Source of the DNA: a virus
Lineage: Duplodnaviria; Caudoviricetes
IMG/VR virus record: IMGVR_UViG_3300022876_000172
Coordinates: 1-56,684 of that record
Direction: 5' to 3' (one strand)
DNA: 56,684 nucleotides
Positions 17,361-27,743 of this stretch are shown here, piece after piece. The notes beneath the pieces were generated by a model that was not told where the DNA came from, made no database searches, and saw nothing but the letters and a program-made list of their open reading frames with translations. Both the position numbers and the translations under genes were made by a program. Each line of letters starts with the position of its first letter. Position 1 is the first letter of the stretch.

Positions 17361-18620
17361 TTAACTCTTGGCGACTTGCAGTTCTACGGCAGGCACAAAG
17401 CCCGGGTGGCGAATCGCATTGCGCGAGACGATTTCGGCGCTGCGCAGGGCATCGCCGTACAGGCGGTGGGCCAGGACCAGCGACGACACCGTTAGCCGCG
17501 GCTGATACGGGCGCAGCCAAACCCCGCTGCGGGCCACTTGGGTCAAATGCCGATCCAAGGCCAAACGAGCGTCACTGAACGCGCCGAAGTGCTCCGGGGT
17601 ACTTTCCCCCGCAACAACCCACATCGCCTCACTGATGGCGTCCCTGGCCGCGATAATGTCATCCGCTATCGGAACCCCTGCGACCATCGCGCCGGCGGCG
17701 TCGACTGTCGCCCCTTGCTGCTCAAGCTGAACGCTCAACGCCGCCGGCTGCGCGACGGTCTGGACGCTGGCCACCGGAACTTCGGCCATGTTCAACAGCA
17801 GGTCGACCACGGCCGCGTCCTGCACCAGGCCAATGACTGCGGACTGGATCAGGGCAATGTCAGGATCATCGGTCGCGGGCCGCTCGGCAGACAGCGCCAC
17901 GATGGCCTGCGCCTTGCTCTTGGACGCATGCAGCGAACCACTTGACCCGTACCCACTGAACCAGCGTTCAACGCTCGCCAGATCGCTCAGCAGGCTGGCT
18001 GCCAAGGCGTCGGGGGCATTGATGACCGACTGCACGAACGCTCCCACATCGGCCACCAGGGACGTCAGCGGCTTGAGGAAGTTGATAGCGAAGGCATAGG
18101 CGCTGGAAATGGCCCGGCGCACCTTGTTGACTTGCTGTCGCGCCCAATTGACCTTGGCCATTACCGCGTCAAAGCGCGCCTTGATCCTCTCCAGCAAGCT
18201 CGGCACATGGGCAATCAGCTGACGGCGGGTATTCACCGTCTGCACCGGGAAGGTCAACATGCCGTCGATGAACGACAAGTTGAACCGCACCATGCCCAGC
18301 TCATTGCGCGCATGGGAGATTTCACACTTGCCGGCCGTGACGGTCAGCCGCCCAAACCAGGGGTGTATCAGCTCACCCGGCCCGGGCTTGTCCAGCGCGT
18401 CCAGCAGGCGGTCACGCTGGGCGATGAAGTCGCTGCCAGCCACGAAGCCTTCAAACTTGTATTCCCGCGTTTGCCGGCCCATGTCCTCGACCATGGGCTG
18501 ATCGCGCTTCGGGTACTCATGCAACTGGGTACGCCGGCCGACCGGCACACTGTCGCTGTCGACCAGAAAAGGCACGCCGCGAAACGAGGCCTCGCGGCGC
18601 AAATCACGCCATTCACTCAT
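17361..18620 (-). CDS. Mu gpN-like DNA circularization/tail protein
   Basis: ASFRGVPF, HEYP.RD.P.VEDMG, GELIHPWFG, N.IRHPGFVP motifs. Confidence 0.92.
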   Translation of the reverse strand: MSEWRDLRREASFRGVPFLVDSDSVPVGRRTQLHEYPKRDQPMVEDMGRQTREYKFEGFVAGSDFIAQRDRLLDALDKPGPGELIHPWFGRLTVTAGKCEISHARNELGMVRFNLSFIDGMLTFPVQTVNTRRQLIAHVPSLLERIKARFDAVMAKVNWARQQVNKVRRAISSAYAFAINFLKPLTSLVADVGAFVQSVINAPDALAASLLSDLASVERWFSGYGSSGSLHASKSKAQAIVALSAERPATDDPDIALIQSAVIGLVQDAAVVDLLLNMAEVPVASVQTVAQPAALSVQLEQQGATVDAAGAMVAGVPIADDIIAARDAISEAMWVVAGESTPEHFGAFSDARLALDRHLTQVARSGVWLRPYQPRLTVSSLVLAHRLYGDALRSAEIVSRNAIRHPGFVPAVELQVAKS

Positions 18621-20539
18621 TGCGAACCTCCCATGGTTCGGCGGCCGACGTTCTGCGGCGTTACGGTCACGCCAGGTTGACTGCTCTTTGCCCCCTCCAG
18701 CCGCGTGCCCGGCGGTGCGCCCTCAAACAGCACACGCAACTCACCGTTCAACTGGGTCTTGCCGGCTGCCGCCGAAGACTGCCGCAGCAGCGAGCCCGGA
18801 TCGGGCAGTTGACCCGGCGCTTTCAGCAGCGCACCGGGGGTGATGCCGAATTGCTGGGCGCGTTGCTCCTGGGCGGCCTTGACCTTCACGCCGGCATTAG
18901 CCACCAGGAAATCACCCGTGCCACCACCTTCACCCGCATTACGGCGCCTCTGCGCTTCGGCCATTTGCGTCACCTTGGCGGTGATGCCTGGCCCGCCATC
19001 CTCCATGCCCATGAACTTCAGCAGCGGCTCAATGTAAGGCTTTATGCCCACCCACAGCTTCTTGAACCAGGCACTGATTGGCCCCCAGTACTTGATGATC
19101 TGACCTAATGGCGTCCATTCGAAAAAGGTCTTCATCATGTCCATCACTGGCACCGCCGCCGCCCGGATCAAATCCCACAGCGCAGTGAAGAACGGCCCGA
19201 CCTTCTCCCAGTTGGCGACGATCAGACCGGCCGCTGCCGCGATGCCCACGGCGATGAGGCCGATTGGCGTTGCCGCAAAGGCCACGCCTAACAAGCGAGT
19301 GACCACCATTGCAGCAAACACCGCTGCCCTCAGTGCGGTGAACGCTGCCCCGGCAATGACGATGCCACGCACCAGTTGCGGGTTATTGCGCACCAAATCC
19401 GCTACCTGCGATATCCAGGGGCGTAGCTGGTCAACCACCGCATTGATACCCGGCAGCAAAGCATTGCCGACCTCCCGGGCGACACTCATCACACTGCCAC
19501 GCAACAGTTGCATGTTGTTGGCCGTGGTAGCCGCCCGCGAGGAATATTCGCCCTCCATGGAGCCCGCGTATTTAGAGGCGTCCCCGACCTTGGCCAAGTT
19601 GCCCTTGAGCAGATCCAAGTTGGTCAGCAGCGGCGCAATCGCGGTGATGGACTCGGTACCGAACAATTCGGATAGAATTCCCGCCTGCTTGTCCTTGTCG
19701 ATGGTTTTGATCCGATCGAGGATATCCAGCACCGCGCCTTGGGCATCGTCCTGCATGGCTTTGGATACCATCTTCGAGTCCAGCCGCAGCGCCTTGAAAG
19801 CGTTGGCCTGGGCCTTGGTGGCCGCCGATCCCTTGGTCATGGCCAGCATGAAGTTCTTGATACCGGTAGCGGCCACGTCCTGCTCAACGCCCACCCCAGC
19901 CATAGTCGCGCCCAGCGCGGCAATCTGCCCCGACGCCAGACCGGCAATCTCGCCCAGTGGACCGATGCGGGTGACGATGTCGGAAATCTGTTTGGTGTTG
20001 GCCGGGCCGGTGTTACCCAAGTAGTTGATCTTGTCGGCCAGGGTTTCAACATCCCCTTGCGTCAGTTTGAAACTGGTCCGCCACTTGGCCATCATGTCGC
20101 CACTTTCATCGGCGGTCTGATCAAAGGCAATGCCCATCTTGACCGCCGCTTCAGCAAAGCCCAGCAGCTCATCACGGGCAATTCCCGATTGACCGCCGGC
20201 CGCGACGATCTTGGCAATATCTGTCGCGGCCATGGGTAAGCGCTCGGACATCCGGCCGATGTCGTCGCCCATCTTCTTGAACTGGTCAGGCGTATCGAAG
20301 TCGACCACCTTGCGCACATCGGCCATCTGCGACTCAAAGTCGATGGCCGCGCGCGCACCGGCAATGAACGGGGCCGCCATGGCCCCACCGGTAACAATAT
20401 CGCTCCAACCGATCTTGCCGAGGCCGGTGCTTTCCAGGTTCTTGCGGAACGCGGAAATGTTTTTGCGCACGCCCGCCAGGGTCGGTGACAGCTTGTCGAC
20501 GCCTGTAATAAGCGCCTTGAGCTGGAACTTGTCAGCCAT
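18617..20539 (-). CDS. Tail tape measure protein
   Basis: AIDFESQMADVRKVVDF, Ala-rich helical repeats, follows the tail chaperone. Confidence 0.92.
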   Translation of the reverse strand: MADKFQLKALITGVDKLSPTLAGVRKNISAFRKNLESTGLGKIGWSDIVTGGAMAAPFIAGARAAIDFESQMADVRKVVDFDTPDQFKKMGDDIGRMSERLPMAATDIAKIVAAGGQSGIARDELLGFAEAAVKMGIAFDQTADESGDMMAKWRTSFKLTQGDVETLADKINYLGNTGPANTKQISDIVTRIGPLGEIAGLASGQIAALGATMAGVGVEQDVAATGIKNFMLAMTKGSAATKAQANAFKALRLDSKMVSKAMQDDAQGAVLDILDRIKTIDKDKQAGILSELFGTESITAIAPLLTNLDLLKGNLAKVGDASKYAGSMEGEYSSRAATTANNMQLLRGSVMSVAREVGNALLPGINAVVDQLRPWISQVADLVRNNPQLVRGIVIAGAAFTALRAAVFAAMVVTRLLGVAFAATPIGLIAVGIAAAAGLIVANWEKVGPFFTALWDLIRAAAVPVMDMMKTFFEWTPLGQIIKYWGPISAWFKKLWVGIKPYIEPLLKFMGMEDGGPGITAKVTQMAEAQRRRNAGEGGGTGDFLVANAGVKVKAAQEQRAQQFGITPGALLKAPGQLPDPGSLLRQSSAAAGKTQLNGELRVLFEGAPPGTRLEGAKSSQPGVTVTPQNVGRRTMGGSQ

Positions 20540-20708
20540 CCTCCCCCCTCAGCGTTTCCGCTATGCGCTGGCTGTGCATGACGGCCTCCAGAACCACGTC
20601 CAACGTCCGGCCCATCACCTGCTCAGGGTCTGATTTCCAGACCCATGCGAGGTCGTAGGCAACCGCAATCAGGCCGTCAACGTCGCTGACGCCGGCGTCA
20701 AGAAAAAA
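20532..20708 (-). CDS. -1 frameshift extension of the tail assembly chaperone (GT-like)
   Basis: Slippery T TTT TTC at 20702-20708 near the chaperone end; -1 frame open up to the tape measure start. Confidence 0.7.
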   Translation of the reverse strand, partial: FFLDAGVSDVDGLIAVAYDLAWVWKSDPEQVMGRTLDVVLEAVMHSQRIAETLRGEDG

Positions 20709-20965
20709 CGAGCCACCACCCAGGCGGCGGTGTTCAGGTCGGAAATATCCAGCTGGTTGACCGACGACGGCGGGATATGGCCGCACACAGCGATGTACTT
20801 GGCCGCCACGTCCATGTCCAAGGAGACCGAGTCGTCGCCGTCAATCTTGTAGGGCAACACTTTGAGCTGACGCACCTCTACAACGGTGGGCCGGCGCAGC
20901 TCCAACTGGGTCACTTCCACACCGTGCGCCGTAATAGGCGCGGACAGCTTGATCACTTCTTTCAT
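20669..20965 (-). CDS. Tail assembly chaperone (Mu gp41-like)
   Basis: Position between tube and tape measure; LELRRPT, IPPSSVNQL motifs. Confidence 0.85.
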   Translation of the reverse strand: MKEVIKLSAPITAHGVEVTQLELRRPTVVEVRQLKVLPYKIDGDDSVSLDMDVAAKYIAVCGHIPPSSVNQLDISDLNTAAWVVARFFLTPASATLTA

Positions 20966-21309
20966 TGCCACACCCCCTTGGTGCCTTCCCAACGGAAATC
21001 AATGGTGCCGTCATCGCCCTTGGCGGCCGGCTCTTCCACGATGTACGCGCCGGACAGTACGTAGACCCAGCCATTGCCAAGCTCGGCGGTGACGGTGGCG
21101 TCAGTGGCCGCCATCAGCTGCGCGATTGGCAGGTCAGGGTCAGCGACCACAGTGGCCACCACGTAGCCCGGCAGGTCTTCTTCCTTGAAGAAGCCCGGCG
21201 CGACGGTTTCGCGCTTTTTGTCACTCAGCGGGGCCTCGACCCCACCCGTCACGGTGAACTGGGTTCCGTCTACCTTGATGTAAACGGTGCCCGCGACTTT
21301 CTTGCCCAT
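20962..21309 (-). CDS. Tail tube protein
   Basis: VAGTVYIKVDG, TVTAELGNG..YVL..A; follows the sheath. Confidence 0.88.
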   Translation of the reverse strand: MGKKVAGTVYIKVDGTQFTVTGGVEAPLSDKKRETVAPGFFKEEDLPGYVVATVVADPDLPIAQLMAATDATVTAELGNGWVYVLSGAYIVEEPAAKGDDGTIDFRWEGTKGVWQ

Positions 21310-21365
21310 GGGCGTCTCCTACAAAAACGCCCGCACATTGGCGGGCTTTGGTGGATCGGTTTGAC

Positions 21366-22850
21366 TTACACCTGATACTGCAGGCGGAACTGGTACTGCA
21401 GGGCGAACACCCGCAGCTGGTTCACCAGGTCCGGCGGGTACAGCACGTTCACGCGGGTCGGATCGGTGGTGGAGCGCTCCACCACCAAGTACTTGGCGAA
21501 GGCGTCGGAGTTCTCCGCGATGCCCATCTGCTCAAGGATGAAGTAGCCGGCGATCAGTTCCGCGCGGATCACCGCCGGGGTGACGATGGCCTGACCGGCG
21601 CCGAAGCGCGTACCGTCGTTGGCCAGCTTGTGCCGGCCGTACTTGCTGGTAATCCGGCCCTTGAGGGAACGGATGATGTAGGCCGACTGGTGCAGCGTTT
21701 CGCTGTCCAGATACGAGTTGTCGGTCTGCCCGTACTCGTTTTTCTGGTAGGTGGTCACGGCGCGCTCGATGCGCTGGGCACCACTTTGCGCGAAGGCCGT
21801 GGCAATGCCGTGGCTCAACAGCGATTGGCGTTCGGTCAGCATGAAGCGCTCGCCCGCCGGCGCCGGGGTGATGCCGTTCAGCTCACCGGTTTGCGTCGGC
21901 CGCGCCGGGTCGGCCGAGATATAAACGGCTTGCCGCGCCGCGTACGCGGCCACCTGCCGCCATACCGGGTCCGGGCATGACTTTTCAAAGCCGTACACGG
22001 TGACGTGCGCGTCGTTGCGGGTGTCGCCCAAGGCAACCAGCTCGCCCAGCGTGCCGCGCACGCCCGTGTAGACGTGGCCATACAGCTGCCGCGACCAGCT
22101 CCAGCGGCCGCTGCTGTCGTTCATCAGCGACTTCCAGGCATCCAGCGAGGTGGCATCGGCCCACGGCCCGCACAGGAATTCGAAAGGCTCATCCCCCAGC
22201 AGCGCGATGGCGGCCGCCAGATCAGGTGTACCCACGCCGCCGGCCAGCGCCGTGATGGTAACGGTCAGCCCAGCCGGGGTGATTTCGCCATTGGCGCGTC
22301 CCTGCCGGTTCAGCTGCAGCTGAATGTCGTTACCGCTCAGGCCCGCCCAGCGGCAAGTCAGGGTGACTTCACCGGCCGCCGCCACCGCCGACACCGACAG
22401 GCCGGCCGCGTTGACCGCTGCAGCGATGGCCGTGGCGGTCGCCGCTGCCGTGGCGCCATTGGCGATGGTGGCTCGCACAAGCTGCCCGGCTACATACAGG
22501 TTGATCTGCCCGCCGGCAGTGGCGGTGCCCGTGACGGCCACCTTGCCGGTCGCCTTGGTGCCGGTGACCTTCACCGGCAGGCACCACACCTCCCCGGCCG
22601 GGTCGATGGCACGCCAGGTGTCGTACATCTCGGCCAGCATCGAGCCGACGCCGCCGATGCTCTTGGCCAAGCTCAGGCTGGGGACCAGCGTCAGCTTGCC
22701 GATTTCGGCGGCCACGGCGTCATCGTTGACCTGACCGACGATCAGCCGCGGCATTGCGCCGGTGGCCGTGTTGGCCTGGCTGTTGTCGACCTCGGCATAG
22801 AACAGCGGCACCTTGAGGTCGCTGGGAATGCTGTTGAAACTGACGGCCAT
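21366..22850 (-). CDS. Tail sheath protein
   Basis: VPLFYAEVDNS, DPARPTQT, YLDSETL, PPDLVNQLRVFA motifs. Confidence 0.95.
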   Translation of the reverse strand: MAVSFNSIPSDLKVPLFYAEVDNSQANTATGAMPRLIVGQVNDDAVAAEIGKLTLVPSLSLAKSIGGVGSMLAEMYDTWRAIDPAGEVWCLPVKVTGTKATGKVAVTGTATAGGQINLYVAGQLVRATIANGATAAATATAIAAAVNAAGLSVSAVAAAGEVTLTCRWAGLSGNDIQLQLNRQGRANGEITPAGLTVTITALAGGVGTPDLAAAIALLGDEPFEFLCGPWADATSLDAWKSLMNDSSGRWSWSRQLYGHVYTGVRGTLGELVALGDTRNDAHVTVYGFEKSCPDPVWRQVAAYAARQAVYISADPARPTQTGELNGITPAPAGERFMLTERQSLLSHGIATAFAQSGAQRIERAVTTYQKNEYGQTDNSYLDSETLHQSAYIIRSLKGRITSKYGRHKLANDGTRFGAGQAIVTPAVIRAELIAGYFILEQMGIAENSDAFAKYLVVERSTTDPTRVNVLYPPDLVNQLRVFALQYQFRLQYQV

Positions 22851-23041
22851 TATTCAGCGCTCCCGATGGCGGCCTTGGCCTTCGCCTTGGCGGGTTTTTC
22901 GTCGGTCACGTCGCCATCGTTCAGGCGGCGCTGCCAGTAGATATCGAGTTCCACGGTGCGCCCTTCGGCCGGCACCGCATCGCCCATGGCCGGGTCGGGC
23001 GTGACGCGCCCGTCTACCGGATACACGGTGATTAGAGTCAT
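22850..23041 (-). CDS. DUF2635-like small tail protein
   Basis: P.EGR.V...YWQRRL.DGDV motif before the sheath. Confidence 0.85.
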   Translation of the reverse strand: MTLITVYPVDGRVTPDPAMGDAVPAEGRTVELDIYWQRRLNDGDVTDEKPAKAKAKAAIGSAE

Positions 23042-23045
23042 GGGG

Positions 23046-23639
23046 TTACCCTTGTGGTAGTTCGGTGGAAAAGCGCACGTCGACTCGACCATCTGGCCCA
23101 GGCGAGGTGTGGTTGGGGTCTTTCGGATCCAGGCTGTCCAGGCTGAAGTCGATGCCCTTCAGCGGCGGGAGGCCATCAAGCTCGAACTCGTGCCAGGTTT
23201 CAGCGGGCTCACTGCCGCGGTTGCGGCCCAGCTGGAAGCCAGCCGAGAAGCTGAAGCGGTAGACCACCCGCGCACGGTTGATCAGCACCAATCCGCCGCC
23301 GTCGTAGACGATGGGGTCGTACTCGTCACCAGGTCGCCAGCCGACCAAGGCCCGCCACAGCTCTTTGCGAAAGTCATGCAGCAAGTCGGCGGCCTGCTGG
23401 CCGCGCTCGTCCTTGGTGTCCATGGCGAACACCACCTCAAAGCGATCCTCGATATCCTGAGTGACCGCGTTCTGCGCCTTGTTCTCGCCGGCTTTGTCAT
23501 CAGCGGCGATCACATAGGCCGAGGGGTTCTTCAGCAGCGTGGACGAGCTAACGGCATCGAGGTCGATGCCGCCCGAAATCCTGTCAGCCAGGCTCGGGCA
23601 GTACTCGCGCAAATGCGCGATCACGGGGGAGATTTTCAT
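23046..23639 (-). CDS. Tail terminator/completion protein
   Basis: PSAYVI, ELWRALVGW.P motifs; position in the neck cluster. Confidence 0.8.
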   Translation of the reverse strand: MKISPVIAHLREYCPSLADRISGGIDLDAVSSSTLLKNPSAYVIAADDKAGENKAQNAVTQDIEDRFEVVFAMDTKDERGQQAADLLHDFRKELWRALVGWRPGDEYDPIVYDGGGLVLINRARVVYRFSFSAGFQLGRNRGSEPAETWHEFELDGLPPLKGIDFSLDSLDPKDPNHTSPGPDGRVDVRFSTELPQG

Positions 23640-23668
23640 ACTGATTACCGGCCCGAAAGGCCTGATGG

Positions 23669-24172
23669 TCAGCGCAACGCGGCGGCGAAGGCTGCTTTGA
23701 GGATCGACTGGACCTGCTCTTTTTCGTCCTGCAGGGCGTCTTCCATGTAGTTCGCCCGTGGCGCGATGCGCCATCCGCTTGCAGCCCGCTCTGCGAGAGC
23801 TGCGGCACGTTCGCCCTTACCGCGGCGCTTGCCGGATGTGAGCCCACGAACGCGAGACCCTTGCTTCACGCCGTAATGCAGGTAGGTCGGGTAGTAGTCC
23901 TTCATGGACGAGGTCTTTCGCGGCGCAATCTTCACCAGGAAACCAGCCCGGGAGACCTTGAACGTGATCGACTCGACGGTCCTGCCGGTTCGGCTGACCG
24001 GGTAGTTGTCTTGTCCACGGGCCAAGGCCAGGTTCAGCTGGGCACGGCGGCTGACCAGGCGACCAGCCTTGCGCATCCCTTTCCTGATCTGTTTCTTGTC
24101 AAAGATCTCACGCCCGAACTGGTCGAAGCCCTCGATGTGCAAGTAGCCGTCGACGGAAGCCGAGTTAGCCAT
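23669..24172 (-). CDS. HK97 gp10-like neck protein
   Basis: Basic protein with YP.YL.YGV and RIAPRANYM..AL. Confidence 0.75.
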   Translation of the reverse strand: MANSASVDGYLHIEGFDQFGREIFDKKQIRKGMRKAGRLVSRRAQLNLALARGQDNYPVSRTGRTVESITFKVSRAGFLVKIAPRKTSSMKDYYPTYLHYGVKQGSRVRGLTSGKRRGKGERAAALAERAASGWRIAPRANYMEDALQDEKEQVQSILKAAFAAALR

Positions 24173-24539
24173 AGATCCCTCCTCCTGCCTGCTGCTGGCC
24201 GAGTTCTTCAACTTCGATCAGGGTGAAGCGCTTCCCTGCCCCCCAGGGGGCGCAGCGCTTGACGCGGTAGATCACGCCGCCCGCCACCACCTCATGCGAG
24301 GTCGTGACGCCGCCCAGCAGTCGAACCCACATCCGATGTGTGATGGTGTCGTCCGTTTGGACACTGTCGGTGTAGACCGCTGTGCCGACGGCGCGGATCT
24401 TGGCCCAGCGGTGACGAGGCTGAGTGAATACCGCATCCAGATCTGCGTCCTCAACAGGCAGGTCTTCGCGCAGCCGAATAGTGATGCGCCGGTCCAACTC
24501 GCCGGATTCCGGCTCGCGTGTGCCTATCGAGCTAGCCAT
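24165..24539 (-). CDS. Head closure / head-tail adaptor
   Basis: GELDRRITI, WAKI, THR.WVR motifs. Confidence 0.85.
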   Translation of the reverse strand: MASSIGTREPESGELDRRITIRLREDLPVEDADLDAVFTQPRHRWAKIRAVGTAVYTDSVQTDDTITHRMWVRLLGGVTTSHEVVAGGVIYRVKRCAPWGAGKRFTLIEVEELGQQQAGGGIYG

Positions 24540-24541
24540 GC

Positions 24542-25093
24542 TCAGAACCTCGGCGGAACAGTGATATCCGCCAGTAAGTGGTCGACAAACCCCGAAGGAA
24601 CCTCGGTCAGCGTTTGGCCAACAATCAACAGCCCGCGTTGGGCGAATGCCGTTTCGGCAGCCATCAGCAGCCAGCTCACAACCCCAGGATGCGCCTGCAG
24701 GTCAACGCCTGCACGGTAGCGGATGCGCAGACGGCCCTCAGGTCGGCCGCCGGGAAATGCCAGGTAGCTTTCCTTGCCACCGTGAATGAGCTCAACTGCA
24801 CCTGTGAACTCCACCGGTGCGCCGATAGCGCCGAGGAGCAAGACGGATTCGACAGCGACCGCCTGGCCGACATCCAGAAAGTGACCTGACGGATAGTGCG
24901 CCGGCCATTCTTCTTCGTAGAGCGCCTCTCGTATTGCCGCGCCCGTCCTCGACTCCCCCTGTGCTGTAACGCCTGGGATGATGATCTGATTGATCAGCTC
25001 GGGCTGCAGATCTTCTGGCTCAGCGCGGCACTGAAAGGCCACCTGCTCCAATGTCAGCACGGGCGCCCCCGTGTAAGCGATGCGGCGTGCCAT
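24542..25093 (-). CDS. Head-tail connector (gp6-like)
   Basis: PVLTLEQVAFQCR, IRYRAG; position after the capsid. Confidence 0.8.
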   Translation of the reverse strand: MARRIAYTGAPVLTLEQVAFQCRAEPEDLQPELINQIIIPGVTAQGESRTGAAIREALYEEEWPAHYPSGHFLDVGQAVAVESVLLLGAIGAPVEFTGAVELIHGGKESYLAFPGGRPEGRLRIRYRAGVDLQAHPGVVSWLLMAAETAFAQRGLLIVGQTLTEVPSGFVDHLLADITVPPRF

Positions 25094-25095
25094 GA

Positions 25096-25344
25096 TTAAG
25101 GCTTGCCGTCAGAGTCCGCTGAGTCATCAGACTTACCCGCAGCGCCGGTAGCGTCGCCACCATTATCTTTGCCTGGCGCGGCAGCGGAGCCAGTGTTAGG
25201 TTTGGCTTTCTTCGCCTGCTTGCCCGCTTCGCTGGCATAGCCCGCCTCAATGAGCCCTTCGGCCACATTTGATTCGAAGCCAGCAGTTTCACCAGCGGCA
25301 TAGCCGCGCCAGTTTTTGTCAAAAGTAACAATTACTTTGGTCAT
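25096..25344 (-). CDS. Small capsid-associated hypothetical protein
   Basis: Y.AGETAGF...A..LI.AG.A motif typical of genes after a major capsid gene. Confidence 0.7.
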   Translation of the reverse strand: MTKVIVTFDKNWRGYAAGETAGFESNVAEGLIEAGYASEAGKQAKKAKPNTGSAAAPGKDNGGDATGAAGKSDDSADSDGKP

Positions 25345-25396
25345 GAGGTGCTCCTGGAATTTGGAAAGGAGTGCCCGGCGGACCGGGCGTACTGCG

Positions 25397-26710
25397 TTAC
25401 AGGGTGCTACCCCATTTGACACCGGTCATCACTGCGACCGATTCAACGTGGCGCGGCCCGAAGTCGTGCTTGGCGATTACGCGGACGAGGGTCTGATCGC
25501 GTTGGAATGCACTGATCACGTTGCCGCTGCCGTCTTTGTAGGTGGCTTCCTTGCTGAAATCGATGACCATGGCATCGTCTTCACCGATGAAGCAGTCGGC
25601 AAAGTCCGCGAAGTGGATCTCCGAAGCATCGCCCTCGGCCCCCAGGTTGATGGGGATCTGAGTAGTCGAGCCGACTGGGAAGCCCTTCAGCATGTTCTGA
25701 TCCAGCTCCGGGTAAGCCTTGTTCCCGTTGCCATCACGCAGCGCAGCCAGCCAGCGCTTAGTCCGGGGCGCCATGACAAACCCCGGTGAGGTCATGTTGG
25801 AGTTGGCGTTCTCCAAGCGCAGAATCAGGGCGGACAGCGCCAACTCAACTGCTTCCAGGGTTACAGCTGCCGGCGCTGCGAACACGTTGAAGGCCGGCGC
25901 CCAAAAACGCAGGCCCTTGGGCAGGTTGCCGGTACCAGCACCGCGCAGGAAGGACAGGTCTTCTGCCAGGGCTACCGAGGCGGTGAGATCATTCACTACC
26001 AGGCGATCCACGTTCGGGTTGGTACCCGAGTACCCCAGCAGGTCATTGCTGATCGGAACAAGAGCCGCCAGCTTCTTCGACGACAACTTGAGGTCATCGA
26101 ACTGCATATCGGTGGCAGGCATATCCTCCTCAGTACCGATGTACCCCACCACCGCACCGCCCTTGATGCGCGGAACAGTGAGGTTGCCATTTTCTAGTGG
26201 CAGCGAAACCGACCCGAGCTTGCGAACCACCGACTTTGGCCGGAGCAGCTCGATGACTTCGCTGGAGAAACTCTGCGGCACCAGCACCCCGCCGGCGCCT
26301 GGCGTCACGGTGCTAAGCGCCATGGCGATTTCAGGGTTGTAGCCCGAGTCGGCGGCCAACTTCGCGGCTGCCTGTTGATCGCCGCGGGAAGCGGCCAGCA
26401 CGCGGACCATCTGCGCCATGTTGGCACCCGGCACCGGCTTCGCTGCAAATGGACCGCTGATACTGCCGGGCGGGCCGTTCAGCCCTTGAGCGCCTTCGTT
26501 CACGGGGACCGCACTCGCGGTCGCCATACGCTCGGCCGCCTCAGCGCGCGCAAGCTTCTCCGTCAGCTGATTGAACTGGGTGCTGAGCTGCTCGAACTGG
26601 GAGAGCTGTTCTGCGCTCAGTGCGGTACCGGCCCCCTCCAGCTGGGCCAGGGCCTGGATCTGACCATTGATGGTGGCGCGTTCGCTACGCAGTTGAGTTA
26701 CGAGGGACAT
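25397..26710 (-). CDS. Major capsid protein, HK97 fold
   Basis: N-terminal coiled-coil delta domain, GGVLVP, KKLAALVPISNDLL. Confidence 0.95.
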   Translation of the reverse strand: MSLVTQLRSERATINGQIQALAQLEGAGTALSAEQLSQFEQLSTQFNQLTEKLARAEAAERMATASAVPVNEGAQGLNGPPGSISGPFAAKPVPGANMAQMVRVLAASRGDQQAAAKLAADSGYNPEIAMALSTVTPGAGGVLVPQSFSSEVIELLRPKSVVRKLGSVSLPLENGNLTVPRIKGGAVVGYIGTEEDMPATDMQFDDLKLSSKKLAALVPISNDLLGYSGTNPNVDRLVVNDLTASVALAEDLSFLRGAGTGNLPKGLRFWAPAFNVFAAPAAVTLEAVELALSALILRLENANSNMTSPGFVMAPRTKRWLAALRDGNGNKAYPELDQNMLKGFPVGSTTQIPINLGAEGDASEIHFADFADCFIGEDDAMVIDFSKEATYKDGSGNVISAFQRDQTLVRVIAKHDFGPRHVESVAVMTGVKWGSTL

Positions 26711-26771
26711 ACTGCCTCCTGGGCATAAAAAAACCGCCGTTAGGCGGTCGTGGTCACTGCCGCGAACGCGG

Positions 26772-27743
26772 TCAGAGTTGAGACTGAATGGCGAAGGCCG
26801 TAGCCCTCACGCTGATGCGCTGTTGTGGCTGTGCGCCTTGGCGCTGCGCGCGACTAAGGGCGACCGCACGCGAGAGGTTGTCTACCGCAAGCTGCGGCGA
26901 CTCCAGGCGATCTGCCAAGCCAATCGCGATGGCGGATGAACCGCGATAGCAGGCAGCCTCAGTGGCGATGATGTCGCCGACGTCGCGGCCTCGGTATTCG
27001 GCAACGTGGGTCGTGAACAGCTGATAGCTCTCCTGCACGACTTCGTTCAGCACCTGCAAAGATTGCTCGGTAATAGGTTCGTTCGGGCTCAGGTCATTCT
27101 TGTGCGCGCCGGCAAAGACTGTCGTGACCTTTACCCCCATGCCTTCGATCATCTTCGAGCGGTCCATGTGGCTGGCCACTACTCCGATGGAGCCCACGCC
27201 GGAGGTCATGCTGACCACGACCTCGGTGCAAGCAGACGCAATCAGGTAGCCCCCGGAGTACGCCATGAAGTTGACCAGGCCGGTGATTGGCTTGATCTTG
27301 GTTGCCGCGCGAATGTCGGCCGCCAGTTCGAAGGCGCCGACCGCGCTGCCGCCTGGGCTGTCAATGTCGAGCACAATGTGCTCGACCATGGGGTCAGCAA
27401 TCGCCTTGTTCAGGGCTGCTCGCAGACCTTCGTAGCTGGTCATGGTCTCGCAGGCGTTCAAGTGGCTACCGCGGCTAACAAGCACGCCATGAACGGGGAT
27501 CACTTCGATACCTGTCTGGGCAATGGCGGCGCGCCGTTGCTCTTCACGGCGGCCCTGCTCGGCCTGGTAGTCATCGTCGTCATAGAACATCGATGGGTTG
27601 GCTGCAGCCCCGCCCATGTTAAGGTTGACGATGTTCAGGCTCATCGTCTGATTGGCCCAGCGCACTGCCAGGTCCAGCATGTCGGGTGTCGTCAGTAGCG
27701 GCTGATTGAACAGCAAGCTGGCAGCGCGCAAATGTCGTTTCAT
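26772..27743 (-). CDS. S49-family prohead protease
   Basis: LDIDSPGG, AYSGGYLIASAC, VGSIGVV motifs. Confidence 0.93.
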   Translation of the reverse strand: MKRHLRAASLLFNQPLLTTPDMLDLAVRWANQTMSLNIVNLNMGGAAANPSMFYDDDDYQAEQGRREEQRRAAIAQTGIEVIPVHGVLVSRGSHLNACETMTSYEGLRAALNKAIADPMVEHIVLDIDSPGGSAVGAFELAADIRAATKIKPITGLVNFMAYSGGYLIASACTEVVVSMTSGVGSIGVVASHMDRSKMIEGMGVKVTTVFAGAHKNDLSPNEPITEQSLQVLNEVVQESYQLFTTHVAEYRGRDVGDIIATEAACYRGSSAIAIGLADRLESPQLAVDNLSRAVALSRAQRQGAQPQQRISVRATAFAIQSQL

